Shown one piece after another: positions 1 through 8,612 of a stretch of DNA of 32,000 bases. This stretch comes from Candidatus Nitrosotenuis uzonensis. Its GTDB lineage: Archaea; Thermoproteota; Nitrososphaeria; Nitrososphaerales; Nitrosopumilaceae. Both the position numbers and the translations under genes were made by a program. The notes beneath the pieces are model-generated. The model had not been told where the DNA came from and made no database searches. It saw only the letters and a program-made list of their open reading frames with translations. Within the stretch, counting starts at the first letter, position 1. Each line of letters begins with the position of its first letter. The stretch is taken from NCBI RefSeq assembly GCF_000723185.1, contig NZ_CBTY010000008.1:202677-234676 (forward strand). The letters run 5' to 3'.

Positions 1-127
1 ATTCGGTTTGTTTGATTTTAAAGTATTCTTGTTACAACGTATGATGGTAGGATAGTAACTTTTAAGTTCTTCCAAATCATACAAATAGAATGGAGGGAAG
101 ATCATCAATAAGACGATACATGCCGTC

Positions 128-1906
128 TTGTTGTGTTTAATTCCGGCACTAATCATTACAATCACATACGGGGAGCATCTGGCTGCTCAAGAATACAGTA
201 GAATAATTGAACAAAAAGAAGCAAAGACATTGCCAATCGTTTCTAGATTTGAAACTGAACTGCTGGATATTGTTTCGTTAATTGAGATAACTGCAAAACA
301 GGACAGTGTCACGACTCCCCCCGATCCAAGTCTGCTAGTTTCCAAACTTCATGGAGTTGGAGAATATGACGAATTGGAAAAGCGAGCTTTGGCAAAAACC
401 ATACTGTATAATCGAAATGACATTGACACGGTATTTTTCGTACTTCCAAACGGCGATATGTACATGATCGAACCATATCAAAGACAGCTTGATGTGGTTT
501 CGACCAACTTTGCTTTCAGAGATTGGTATATCGGTTTGATGAAGACAAACGGCACGTATGTGAGTGAGCTATTCTCACCGCAAGGAAAGACTTACAACAC
601 CATCGGAATTGTAACTCCCGTAAAGTCCCCATCGGGCGAATTTGTTGGAATATGGGGGGCGCTTATCAATCTTGACGAATGGACAAATCAGTTTGCGTCT
701 ATAAAGCTGAACAAAAATGAGTATGTCTTTCTAGTTGATCATAATGGAAATCTGATCGTTGATTCTAGGAACAGAGCCTATAAAGTAATGGATTCTCTAC
801 TGCATTTGAAAAGTGTTAATGAAGTGTTAAAAAGAAAATCTGGAACTGTAGTTGAAACACTACATGGTTCTGAAATGTTTGTAATGTATGTGCCAATCAT
901 CGTTGGAAGCCACACATGGGGAATTATTGTGGCCGAACCGCATTCTAACGTGTTTTCAAGTATTAACTCAATTCGCTTTTATTATGTAATGACAACAGCG
1001 GTAATACTATCTGTCGCTTTAATTGCAATCCTATCTGTGAGAAGATTTGCAAAGAGAGGATGGTTCTGGTCGCAAGATATCGAAAAGATCTGGCAGATGG
1101 AGGATATAGATCCACTATCCCGAGAAATACCTTCTATCAAAACACTGCCTCGAAAATCAAACCGTATGACCCTCTTTGCTATCTTAACAGGATTTCTTAT
1201 GGTGGCAAGCGTACTATATTTCTTGTATGTGCCTCAAATTGTTCCTCTTGAAGAGATGAAGAGTGCCTTTGTGGTACAGAATCTTAGGGGCGATACGATA
1301 GATACATGGGTCAATTGGAAAATTTCGGCAGGCGATCTGTTTCATATCCATGTGATGGATTCACAGGAGCTAACAGAGAGCAGACTTAAAATCATAAACA
1401 ATGTAATCAACTCAAGGGAAACTGTCACTGTGGATGATTCATTACTGCACAAGGGCCTGCATGGAACTTCGTCCGTGTATTATGTTGGATGGCGCGGAGC
1501 ACTTGAAAGCCTCTCTAATATACGTACAAAATATCCAATTCCAATTACACTACATACCATTACAACAGATGAGGGAGATGGACACATTGTAATACGACTC
1601 AGCGACCTTAGAAGCTCAGACGGATATTCCGGATACACAAAATCATATGTTGATGAGGAAAATCATCAGATACTAAAATCTGTAATTACGATATATGATG
1701 TTAATAACATAACTGACGAACAACTCGCGATCATTTTACGACATGAGATTGGCCATGGACTGGGATTGGGCCACTCAACTGCTCCAGAAGATCTGATGGC
1801 ACCAACAATAACCACACCGTACCCATACATATCCGAATGTGCGCTTGATGCTTTAATCGATTTGTATAATGGAAATGCAAAAAGCCAATTTGTATGTGAA
1901 AAATAA
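128..1906 (+). CDS. Membrane protein: extracytoplasmic double-Cache-like domain fused to a C-terminal matrixin/metzincin-type zinc metalloprotease domain
   Basis: 592-aa ORF. Cache-like signatures: FFVLPNGDMYMIEPY, RDWYIG, YVFLVDHNGNLIVDS. Two internal hydrophobic helices at nt 977-1039 and 1166-1231. Zinc motif HEIGHGLGLGH at nt 1742-1774, followed by LMAP as a possible Met-turn. The TTG start at 128 is uncertain. Confidence 0.75.
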   Translation: MLCLIPALIITITYGEHLAAQEYSRIIEQKEAKTLPIVSRFETELLDIVSLIEITAKQDSVTTPPDPSLLVSKLHGVGEYDELEKRALAKTILYNRNDIDTVFFVLPNGDMYMIEPYQRQLDVVSTNFAFRDWYIGLMKTNGTYVSELFSPQGKTYNTIGIVTPVKSPSGEFVGIWGALINLDEWTNQFASIKLNKNEYVFLVDHNGNLIVDSRNRAYKVMDSLLHLKSVNEVLKRKSGTVVETLHGSEMFVMYVPIIVGSHTWGIIVAEPHSNVFSSINSIRFYYVMTTAVILSVALIAILSVRRFAKRGWFWSQDIEKIWQMEDIDPLSREIPSIKTLPRKSNRMTLFAILTGFLMVASVLYFLYVPQIVPLEEMKSAFVVQNLRGDTIDTWVNWKISAGDLFHIHVMDSQELTESRLKIINNVINSRETVTVDDSLLHKGLHGTSSVYYVGWRGALESLSNIRTKYPIPITLHTITTDEGDGHIVIRLSDLRSSDGYSGYTKSYVDEENHQILKSVITIYDVNNITDEQLAIILRHEIGHGLGLGHSTAPEDLMAPTITTPYPYISECALDALIDLYNGNAKSQFVCEK

Positions 1907-1959
1907 TATCTGCTACAAGAAAAGCTAATCTTAATAGTCAGAATTTTGCTCTTACTCTG

Positions 1960-2346
1960 ATGGCTGTATACAGATATCTTGTGATTGTGGCCGCTGCCGC
2001 AATCGTAGGAATAGGCATACTAATTACATTTTCATTATCCAAAGGAACATTCTCAAGCCAAGACTATGAAATCGATGTAGACCCTTTCAAGGATCCGCAG
2101 AACCTGTTTGTGACAGCAAGAGTGATGGTGCAAAACACTGGGGGAAAGGATCTGACAAACGTCAAAGTTGATTTTGGGGCGGGCCACTTGTTAATACTCG
2201 GGACACTTGCACCTGGACAAAAGGTCATTTTGTCGCCTCCTGATGGAAATCCACTAGAACAAGTTACAGTAACTGCAGACAATGGTATTGTAGTGACAAA
2301 ACCGTACAGAATACCACCAAAGATGCCTGGTATGATGGGTTCCTAG
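1960..2346 (+). CDS. Small N-terminally membrane-anchored protein with a beta-rich (CARDB-like?) ectodomain, hypothetical
   Basis: 128-aa ORF 53 nt downstream of the protease gene on the same strand. Has an N-terminal hydrophobic helix (YLVIVAAAAIVGIGILITF). VQNTGGKDLTNVKVDF...LAPGQKVIL resembles CARDB-type beta-sandwich repeats. Confidence 0.5.
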   Translation: MAVYRYLVIVAAAAIVGIGILITFSLSKGTFSSQDYEIDVDPFKDPQNLFVTARVMVQNTGGKDLTNVKVDFGAGHLLILGTLAPGQKVILSPPDGNPLEQVTVTADNGIVVTKPYRIPPKMPGMMGS

Positions 2347-2549
2347 GTTAGTGCTTTTTTGTCTTTTTTCCAGACCCGAACGTCATCAACATAAACGTGA
2401 TCCTCAAAATCAAACACTGTATGCCATCTTTTATCGTGGGGAAGCATTTTGTCCATCTCACGAACATTTCTTGCAGTAGGAAACTTGTTTGTTAGTGCAC
2501 CCCACCTCATGTTGGGGATCTTTGGCATGATCTCGTTTATATCGCGCAT
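2343..2549 (-). CDS. Hypothetical small protein (68 aa)
   Basis: ATG-initiated ORF that fills the gap before purC. An A/T-rich TATA-like element (plus-strand gataaattttt, about 2573-2583) lies 24-34 nt upstream of its start. No recognisable family. Confidence 0.4.
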   Translation of the reverse strand: MRDINEIMPKIPNMRWGALTNKFPTARNVREMDKMLPHDKRWHTVFDFEDHVYVDDVRVWKKDKKALT

Positions 2550-2653
2550 GCTTGTGAAGCGGAATTTCCATTGATAAATTTTTGTCTGTACTTGAAAAAT
2601 ACAAACACGTGTCTTTCAAAATTGTTATAAAATAACACATCAAATGTTCAACA

Positions 2654-3478
2654 TTGAAGTTTCTTGGTTCAGGCAAAGTAAAGGATGTATATGACCTTGA
2701 AGATGGAACACTGCTTTTCAAATTCAGCGACAGAGTTTCCGCATATGATGTAAAATTTGCCGATCCTATACCTCGTAAAGGCGAAGTATTGTGCAAATTT
2801 GCCGAATTCTGGTTCAATAAACTACCTGTACAGAACCACTTTGTAAGATTACGATCAGCAAACGAAGTAATTGTAAGAAAAATGAAAATGATTCCAGTGG
2901 AATGCGTTGTTCGCGGATACTTTTACGGCAGCCTGATCACACGATGGAAGGAAGGCCAGATCACCCTTCCATCGGATACTGTAACTGAAATTGCTGCAAA
3001 ACTACCTCGTCCAATTTTTGATCCTACGACAAAATCAGAGCACGATGAGCCACTTAACAGAGAAACTGCTATAGAAAGGAGTCTTGTAACTGAGCAGGAA
3101 TATTCCTGGCTTGAATCAAAGTCAATTCAAATCTACAACATGATGTACGAGGTGGCAGATAGGGCAGGTTTTATACTGGCTGACCTGAAACTGGAGTTTG
3201 GCAAGCTTGATAACAAGATAATTCTTGGCGATTCTATAGGGCCGGACGAGTATAGAATGTGGCCAAAGGATGGATATGCCGTAGGCAAGATACAAGAATC
3301 ATACGATAAGCAAATTCTACGAGACTGGTTAACCGCAAACGGATATCAAAAACAGTTTGAGGATGCACGGAAAAAAGGAGAAGAGCCAGTAGCGCCACCA
3401 ATACCTGAGGAGATAATCCGGAAAATGTCAGAACGATACGTAATCTCTTATGAGAAGATAACCGGAAAGCATCTTTAG
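2654..3478 (+). CDS. purC: Phosphoribosylaminoimidazole-succinocarboxamide (SAICAR) synthase
   Basis: N-terminus GSGKVKDVYDLEDGTLLFKFSDRVSAYDV and LADLKLEFG are typical PurC motifs. TTG start with no in-frame ATG alternative. TATA-like ttataaaataa about 25 nt upstream. Confidence 0.9.
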   Translation: MKFLGSGKVKDVYDLEDGTLLFKFSDRVSAYDVKFADPIPRKGEVLCKFAEFWFNKLPVQNHFVRLRSANEVIVRKMKMIPVECVVRGYFYGSLITRWKEGQITLPSDTVTEIAAKLPRPIFDPTTKSEHDEPLNRETAIERSLVTEQEYSWLESKSIQIYNMMYEVADRAGFILADLKLEFGKLDNKIILGDSIGPDEYRMWPKDGYAVGKIQESYDKQILRDWLTANGYQKQFEDARKKGEEPVAPPIPEEIIRKMSERYVISYEKITGKHL

Positions 3479-3783
3479 CCATATCTTCTCACTTTCAACT
3501 CGAATTCTAATTTCTCCAGATCCTGTTTTCTGCGGTTTTACACTCATTTTAGAACCCCGTCTCCCAGCTTGGCCATTTTTTTTATTTTTTTCGTATTGGT
3601 CGTAGCGGTACAATATTATTGATTATAGTGGGATAAATCTTATACCATATTGATAATTTTCGTATTGGTTACCAATTATTTTAAACCGGTATGAAATTTA
3701 CCGTAGCATAAAAAAGTTAATGCGAATGGACAAAAAAATCTGATGCGACGATCTTTTAGCTGAACCTTGGACTTGCAAATATC

Positions 3784-4302
3784 ATGTCTACCATACTTGA
3801 AAAATCAATCAAAATCAACAGAGTGATGACAATATCTCTCTCACAGGCAAAAGCCCTGGAAGATCCGGCCAGAGCCAAAATCGTAGAAGCATTATACCAC
3901 AAGCAGCTGACAACTGAGCAAATTGCAAAGGAGCTTCAAAAATCAGGTTATAACAAAGCTCTGACAACAATACGACATCACCTTGAAATTCTAAAAGATG
4001 CTGGCCTTATTGAAATTGTTAGAATCGAAGAAATCAGAGGTGCGATTGCAAAATACTATGGTACTTCAACCAAGCTAATATCAAGTGAATCTGCAAAAGA
4101 CATCGACTCAAAATATTCTGCACTGATAAAAACAACATCCGTAAAAATCGAAAAAATTCTAGATGGAATCGCAAAAAAGCCAGCACTTCAGAAAAAATCA
4201 GAAGGCACTCAAAACGAGCACCTTATGATGGAGATCGTAAACCGAGCAATAGCTCAAGTGCTGGAAAGCAAAAGCTTCACTGGCAATAAAAAACTCAAGT
4301 AA
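3784..4302 (+). CDS. ArsR-family winged helix-turn-helix transcriptional regulator with a C-terminal extension
   Basis: KALEDPARAKIVEALYHKQLTTEQIAKELQ...TTIRHHLEILKDAGLIEIV matches the ArsR/SmtB-type HTH_20 pattern. Confidence 0.8.
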   Translation: MSTILEKSIKINRVMTISLSQAKALEDPARAKIVEALYHKQLTTEQIAKELQKSGYNKALTTIRHHLEILKDAGLIEIVRIEEIRGAIAKYYGTSTKLISSESAKDIDSKYSALIKTTSVKIEKILDGIAKKPALQKKSEGTQNEHLMMEIVNRAIAQVLESKSFTGNKKLK

Positions 4303-4717
4303 CCTCAATTACAAACAGGCCCCTTGTTTTGGGGTCCTGCAACTGTTTTATCATTTTTCTTGGTATGTCATCGGAGGCCTTGTCGCAGTTTATCGCAAGC
4401 GTGCGGGGGCACGTATATCTGCTCTTTCGTATGACTATGTCATGAGTGTTTTCCAGCACAAGATCCTCATGACCGTTTCCAAAAACAACAAACGAGCTTT
4501 CATCTACTTTGATCGTGATTTTTATTTTCGACTCCGATCGCCTTAGTGCCCGCTTCATCTGTTCTGGAATGCCGCTGCATCCACATGAAGCGTTAACCCC
4601 TACAATGCAGTCGCCCTGCACCGTTAGCTCAGGCTCAGTTGTAATCTCTATTGTTCTTGGATGAAACGCTCTCATGTTGGGATGTCCGTAAAATGGAATC
4701 TCGAATCGCACGAGCAC
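4295..4717 (-). CDS. DUF371 domain-containing protein
   Basis: YGHPNMRAFHPRTIEITTEPELTVQGDCIVGV ... HDIVIRKSRYTCPRTLAI matches the conserved archaeal DUF371 (PF04027) pattern as I remember it. Confidence 0.7.
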   Translation of the reverse strand: MLVRFEIPFYGHPNMRAFHPRTIEITTEPELTVQGDCIVGVNASCGCSGIPEQMKRALRRSESKIKITIKVDESSFVVFGNGHEDLVLENTHDIVIRKSRYTCPRTLAINCDKASDDIPRKMIKQLQDPKTRGLFVIEVT

Positions 4718-4765
4718 ACAGTATAACTAAACTTAAAATAAACGTTAAAAGGAGCAAAATCAGAA

Positions 4766-5503
4766 TTGCTTCCTTCTCAACAAGGCTATGACAGAGCCAT
4801 TACAATATTTTCACCTGACGGAAGATTGTATCAGGTCGAATACGCGATCGAAACTGTGCGCCGGGGCGCAATTGCAGTCGGCGTCAAAGCAAAAGATGGA
4901 GTCGTTATTGCAGTTGAAGAAAAACCCCGCAAACTGCAAATCTCAGAGAACGCCCACAAGATTTTCCAAATCGATGATCATATCGGATTTGCAGCAGCCG
5001 GATACATACCAGATGCAAGAAGCCAAGCTGACAATGCAAGATTCTTTGCACAAAGCAACCGCATCGTATATGATGAACCGGTAGACGTTGAAACAGTTGC
5101 AAAACACCTTGCTGACCAATGCCAACAATACACACAGTTTGGCGGTGCAAGGCCGTTTGGCGTTGCACTAATCATAGCAGGAGTTGACTCTCATGGAAAC
5201 TCGTTGTATCTTACAGACCCTAGCGGCACGTACATTGCATATGACGCCGTTGCAATCGGATCCGGTTCTGAACAAGCAAACGATTTTCTTGAGAAAAACT
5301 ACAAAGCTGATATGTCCCTTGATGATGCGGCTGCACTGGCAACAGCATGCATCTATCTTGCAAGCGACCAGAAAGAAGGCACAGACCACATCAAGATGTC
5401 AGAAATAAAAACAGCGTCAAGACAATTTGTCAAAGTATCTGAAGAGCAAATTGCAAACTATGCAAAAGCTGCAAAACAAAAATTCCCGACGCCTAACGCG
5501 TAG
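4766..5503 (+). CDS. psmA: Proteasome subunit alpha
   Basis: Canonical N-terminus QGYDRAITIFSPDGRLYQVEYAIE. TTG start with a GGAG about 12 nt upstream. Confidence 0.95.
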   Translation: MLPSQQGYDRAITIFSPDGRLYQVEYAIETVRRGAIAVGVKAKDGVVIAVEEKPRKLQISENAHKIFQIDDHIGFAAAGYIPDARSQADNARFFAQSNRIVYDEPVDVETVAKHLADQCQQYTQFGGARPFGVALIIAGVDSHGNSLYLTDPSGTYIAYDAVAIGSGSEQANDFLEKNYKADMSLDDAAALATACIYLASDQKEGTDHIKMSEIKTASRQFVKVSEEQIANYAKAAKQKFPTPNA

Positions 5504-5512
5504 ACAATCTCA

Positions 5513-6328
5513 TTGAACCTTTCAGTAGCAATTCCTGACTCATCGCTCAAGGACGAAACCACAAAACTAGACAAGTCACGCAAGATTTCAATCATAGCAA
5601 GGGCCTGCGCCATCTTCAAAGTAAACGCTATTTTCATCTATGATGAGGGAAAAGGAAACGAGCAAGATCGTTTTCTACTTGCAACCATTCTGAAATATCT
5701 TGAAACCCCTCAATATCTCAGACGCGCACTCTTTCCTAAAATGGATGATCTAAAATATGCCGGCATCCTGCATCCACTACAAATTCCCCACCACTCGCTT
5801 TCTGCGGATGTAAAAAGCCTCAAGGAGGGTGATCTAAGAGAGGCGGCCGTAGTCCACTACAAAGGGAAAAAATTCCTCGATATTGGAATACACAAACTCA
5901 TACCTTACTATGGCAGAGAGCACGAGAAAAAAAGAATAACAGTTCAGATAAAATCCACAGAGCCGGTTGTGACAGTCAAAGAGATCTCAGAATTTTACAT
6001 CAAAGAGTACTGGGGCTACAAGGTAAAGGAGAGGCCGAACCTGATGAACATTCTTGAAGAATGGAAAGGCAACATCATTCTGACTTCACGTAAGGGCAAG
6101 GATGCAACGCTTGGTCAGATCCAAGAATATGCAAAATCCGACAAGCCTCTTCTGCTCGTATTTGGAGCACCAGACAGAGGACTGTATGACATACTTGGAA
6201 AAAAAATAAACGAAATACAAAACACTAGGGTGCTAAACTTTTTTCCAAATCAGGCCACAGCTACAATACGCTTGGAAGAGGCAATGCTTGGCATAATGTC
6301 GATTCTGAACTTTGCAAACTCAAATTAG
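5513..6328 (+). CDS. Putative SPOUT-class RNA methyltransferase (DUF171 / COG2106 family)
   Basis: LSVAIPDSSLKDE...ISIIARACAIFKVNAIFIYDE and the C-terminal TIRLEEAM resemble the Methyltrn_RNA_3 family. Confidence 0.7.
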   Translation: MNLSVAIPDSSLKDETTKLDKSRKISIIARACAIFKVNAIFIYDEGKGNEQDRFLLATILKYLETPQYLRRALFPKMDDLKYAGILHPLQIPHHSLSADVKSLKEGDLREAAVVHYKGKKFLDIGIHKLIPYYGREHEKKRITVQIKSTEPVVTVKEISEFYIKEYWGYKVKERPNLMNILEEWKGNIILTSRKGKDATLGQIQEYAKSDKPLLLVFGAPDRGLYDILGKKINEIQNTRVLNFFPNQATATIRLEEAMLGIMSILNFANSN

Positions 6329-6350
6329 TAGCTTGCATGCAATTCCGAGT

Positions 6351-6461
6351 ATGCCAAAGCAGGGCGCATTTCTCAGACTGGCAATCCTAGTTGGATTGGT
6401 GGGAATAACAATTGGGGCAATCACACTGTACATTTCGATCAGCGATATACTGACACCGTAA
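6351..6461 (+). CDS. Possible 36-aa single-pass membrane mini-protein
   Basis: My own translation: MPKQGAFLRLAILVGLVGITIGAITLYISISDILTP. ATG start, one clear hydrophobic helix. Below the ORF-track length cut-off. Confidence 0.3.
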   Translation: MPKQGAFLRLAILVGLVGITIGAITLYISISDILTP

Positions 6462-6478
6462 CTTTCGTTATCCCTAGG

Positions 6479-6485
6479 TATATAA
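6479..6485 (+). promoter_or_regulatory. TATA-box candidate for the ribosomal protein operon
   Basis: TATATAA ends 29 nt upstream of the rpl3 ATG (6514). This spacing fits an archaeal TATA at about -26 and a leaderless or near-leaderless transcript. Confidence 0.4.
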
Positions 6486-6513
6486 TGGGGTTAACGAATG
6501 TTTTCGATTATCC

Positions 6514-7506
6514 ATGGGTCATAGAAAACATAGTCAACCACGTCGTGGAAGTCTTGCATATCTGCCTAGAGGACGTGCCAAAAGCATGGAGGCCAGAATC
6601 AGAACTTGGCCTGAAATCAACTCGGAACAACCAAAACTGCTTGGCTATGCAGGGTTCAAGGTAGGCTGCATCCAAATTGTCAGCATTGATGACAGAGAAA
6701 AGACACCAAACCATGGAAAACAACTGGTAAGTCTTGGTACGGTTGTAGCAACACCACCAATATCTGTCATCGGCATGCGCGGTTACTATGACGATGTTTA
6801 TGGTTCACACGCGCTTTTTGATGTTTATAGCACTGATCTTCCAAAAGAAGTTTCAAGATTATTTACATTAAAGCAAAAAGATGGGGTTGCAGAAAAGGCA
6901 GAAAAACTTCTTGGCAGAGTTGATGAGCTTCATGCCATTGTTGCAGTCATGCCAAACCAGGCAGGGATTGCACAAAAAAAGCCGTATGTTTTTGAAGTCG
7001 CAGTAAAGGGAGGCGACATAAAACAACAATTTGATTTTGTGAAAGGATTATTTGGAAAACAAGTAAAAATTGAGGATGTGTTTGAGCTTGGCTCAAGCGT
7101 CGACGTTGCATCAATCACTAAAGGAAAAGGATGGGAAGGCCCTATCACTAGGTGGGGTGTAAAGCGCAAGCAACACAAATCAAGAAAGAGCGTAAGAGCT
7201 GTAGGTTCACTAGGCCCTATTTCTCCTGCAAGCATCATGTATACGGTACCACGTGCAGGACAGCGAGGCTTCCATCAAAGAGTTGAATACAACAAACGAA
7301 TCATGATAATGAGCAACACAGAAAAAAATGAATTCAAAATAAATCCTGATGGCGGATTCAAACATTATGGTTTTGTTAACGGCGACTTTGTAGTTCTAAA
7401 GGGCTCAATTCCTGGAACATATAGGAGAATGGTAAAACTAAGAACCCAAATACGAAACGTTCCATCTAAAGTTCTCAAACCGAACATACTTGAGGTTGTA
7501 ATATGA
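6514..7506 (+). CDS. rpl3: 50S ribosomal protein uL3
   Basis: MGHRKHSQPRRGSLAYLPRGRA is the archaeal L3 N-terminus. First gene of the operon. Confidence 0.97.
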   Translation: MGHRKHSQPRRGSLAYLPRGRAKSMEARIRTWPEINSEQPKLLGYAGFKVGCIQIVSIDDREKTPNHGKQLVSLGTVVATPPISVIGMRGYYDDVYGSHALFDVYSTDLPKEVSRLFTLKQKDGVAEKAEKLLGRVDELHAIVAVMPNQAGIAQKKPYVFEVAVKGGDIKQQFDFVKGLFGKQVKIEDVFELGSSVDVASITKGKGWEGPITRWGVKRKQHKSRKSVRAVGSLGPISPASIMYTVPRAGQRGFHQRVEYNKRIMIMSNTEKNEFKINPDGGFKHYGFVNGDFVVLKGSIPGTYRRMVKLRTQIRNVPSKVLKPNILEVVI

Positions 7507-8312
7507 AAGCGCAAACATTCTCACTAACTGGCACAAAACAGGATGAAATAGATCTACCCAAAGTATTCCTGACTCCATTAAGAGAGGATCTAATTCACAA
7601 AGCATATGTCAACTTGGACTCTCACCACTATCAAAGACAGGGAAGATATCCTGCAGCAGGCATGAACGTAGTTGCAATGTCAAATGACCCGCCTACGGGC
7701 CACGGACAGGCAAGAGTCGCACGAATTAGGGGAGGCGGTCCAAGACGAGGACAGGCAGCAGGAGTTGCAATGGTACGAGGCGGAAGACAGGCCCATCCAC
7801 CCACATCAGAAAAGGTAATACACAAAAAACTCAACAAAAAAGAAAAACGATTTGCTTTGTGCTCTGCAATCGCGGCCACTGCGTCAAAAGACATCATCGC
7901 ATCACGCGGCCATGTGGTAGAAAAGATTCCATCCTTCCCGATGATAGTATCAGATGATATAGAAAAAGTGACCAAGGCAAAAGAAATCTCCAAGATACTT
8001 GATGCACTCAACCTATCTGCAGATGTGCAAAGACTTGAGAAGCGAAAAGCGCGTTCAGGCAGGTCTGCAATAAGAGGAAGAAAGACCAAAGTGGGAAAAA
8101 GCGTACTGTTTGTAACAAAAGATCCGAAAAACCTTGCAAAGGCATGCGGTTCAATACCTGGAATAGACGTATGTGCAGCAAGCGCATTGTCTGTGCTTGA
8201 TTTGGCACCTGGCTCAAAACCAGCCAGACTTACCGTTTATACAAAATCTGCGCTGGATGAAATCAGCAAGATAAAGTCACCACACCTTGAGCTCATGGAG
8301 GCATTAAAATGA
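7503..8312 (+). CDS. rpl4: 50S ribosomal protein uL4
   Basis: ATGA overlap with rpl3. GHGQARVARIRGGG...GRQAHPP loop typical of L4/L1e. Confidence 0.95.
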   Translation: MKAQTFSLTGTKQDEIDLPKVFLTPLREDLIHKAYVNLDSHHYQRQGRYPAAGMNVVAMSNDPPTGHGQARVARIRGGGPRRGQAAGVAMVRGGRQAHPPTSEKVIHKKLNKKEKRFALCSAIAATASKDIIASRGHVVEKIPSFPMIVSDDIEKVTKAKEISKILDALNLSADVQRLEKRKARSGRSAIRGRKTKVGKSVLFVTKDPKNLAKACGSIPGIDVCAASALSVLDLAPGSKPARLTVYTKSALDEISKIKSPHLELMEALK

Positions 8313-8575
8313 ATACTGCACAAGCAACAAAGATAATCATACGACCATACATTACAGAGAAGACATTCGCGTTAATCGAAAAAGATGCGCGAATCTGTTT
8401 TATCGTAGATACCGAGTCCAACAAGAACATGATTAAAGAAGCAATAAAGACTCTCTACGAAGAGGACGCAATCGATATCAACACTGCAAGAACGATCTCA
8501 GGCAAAAAGGCATTTGTGAAATTCGAAACTGTAGAGAAAGCACGAGACCTTGCCACAAAGATAGGAATGCTATAA
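8309..8575 (+). CDS. rpl23: 50S ribosomal protein uL23
   Basis: ATGA overlap with rpl4. IIRPYITEKTFALIEK motif. Confidence 0.95.
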   Translation: MNTAQATKIIIRPYITEKTFALIEKDARICFIVDTESNKNMIKEAIKTLYEEDAIDINTARTISGKKAFVKFETVEKARDLATKIGML

Positions 8576-8612
8576 ATGATGCCACGAATCTCAATCCTAA
8601 AGGTGCTAAAGA

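Noticed and set aside
2458-2817. 119-aa minus-strand ORF spanning the purC promoter and 5' end.
   Set aside because: It overlaps both the purC start and the better-supported 68-aa ORF, with an implausible Ser/Asn-rich composition.
3428-3613. 61-aa minus-strand ORF downstream of purC.
   Set aside because: It overlaps the purC 3' end by 51 nt, has a low-complexity basic sequence and no recognisable motif. More likely non-coding.
7631-8089. 152-aa antisense ORF inside rpl4. Similar antisense ORFs occur inside rpl3, rpl22, rps3, rpl14, rps4e, rpl5, rps8 and rpl6.
   Set aside because: They lie opposite strongly supported ribosomal protein genes and have low-complexity, family-less sequences. They are the expected by-product of stop-poor antisense frames.
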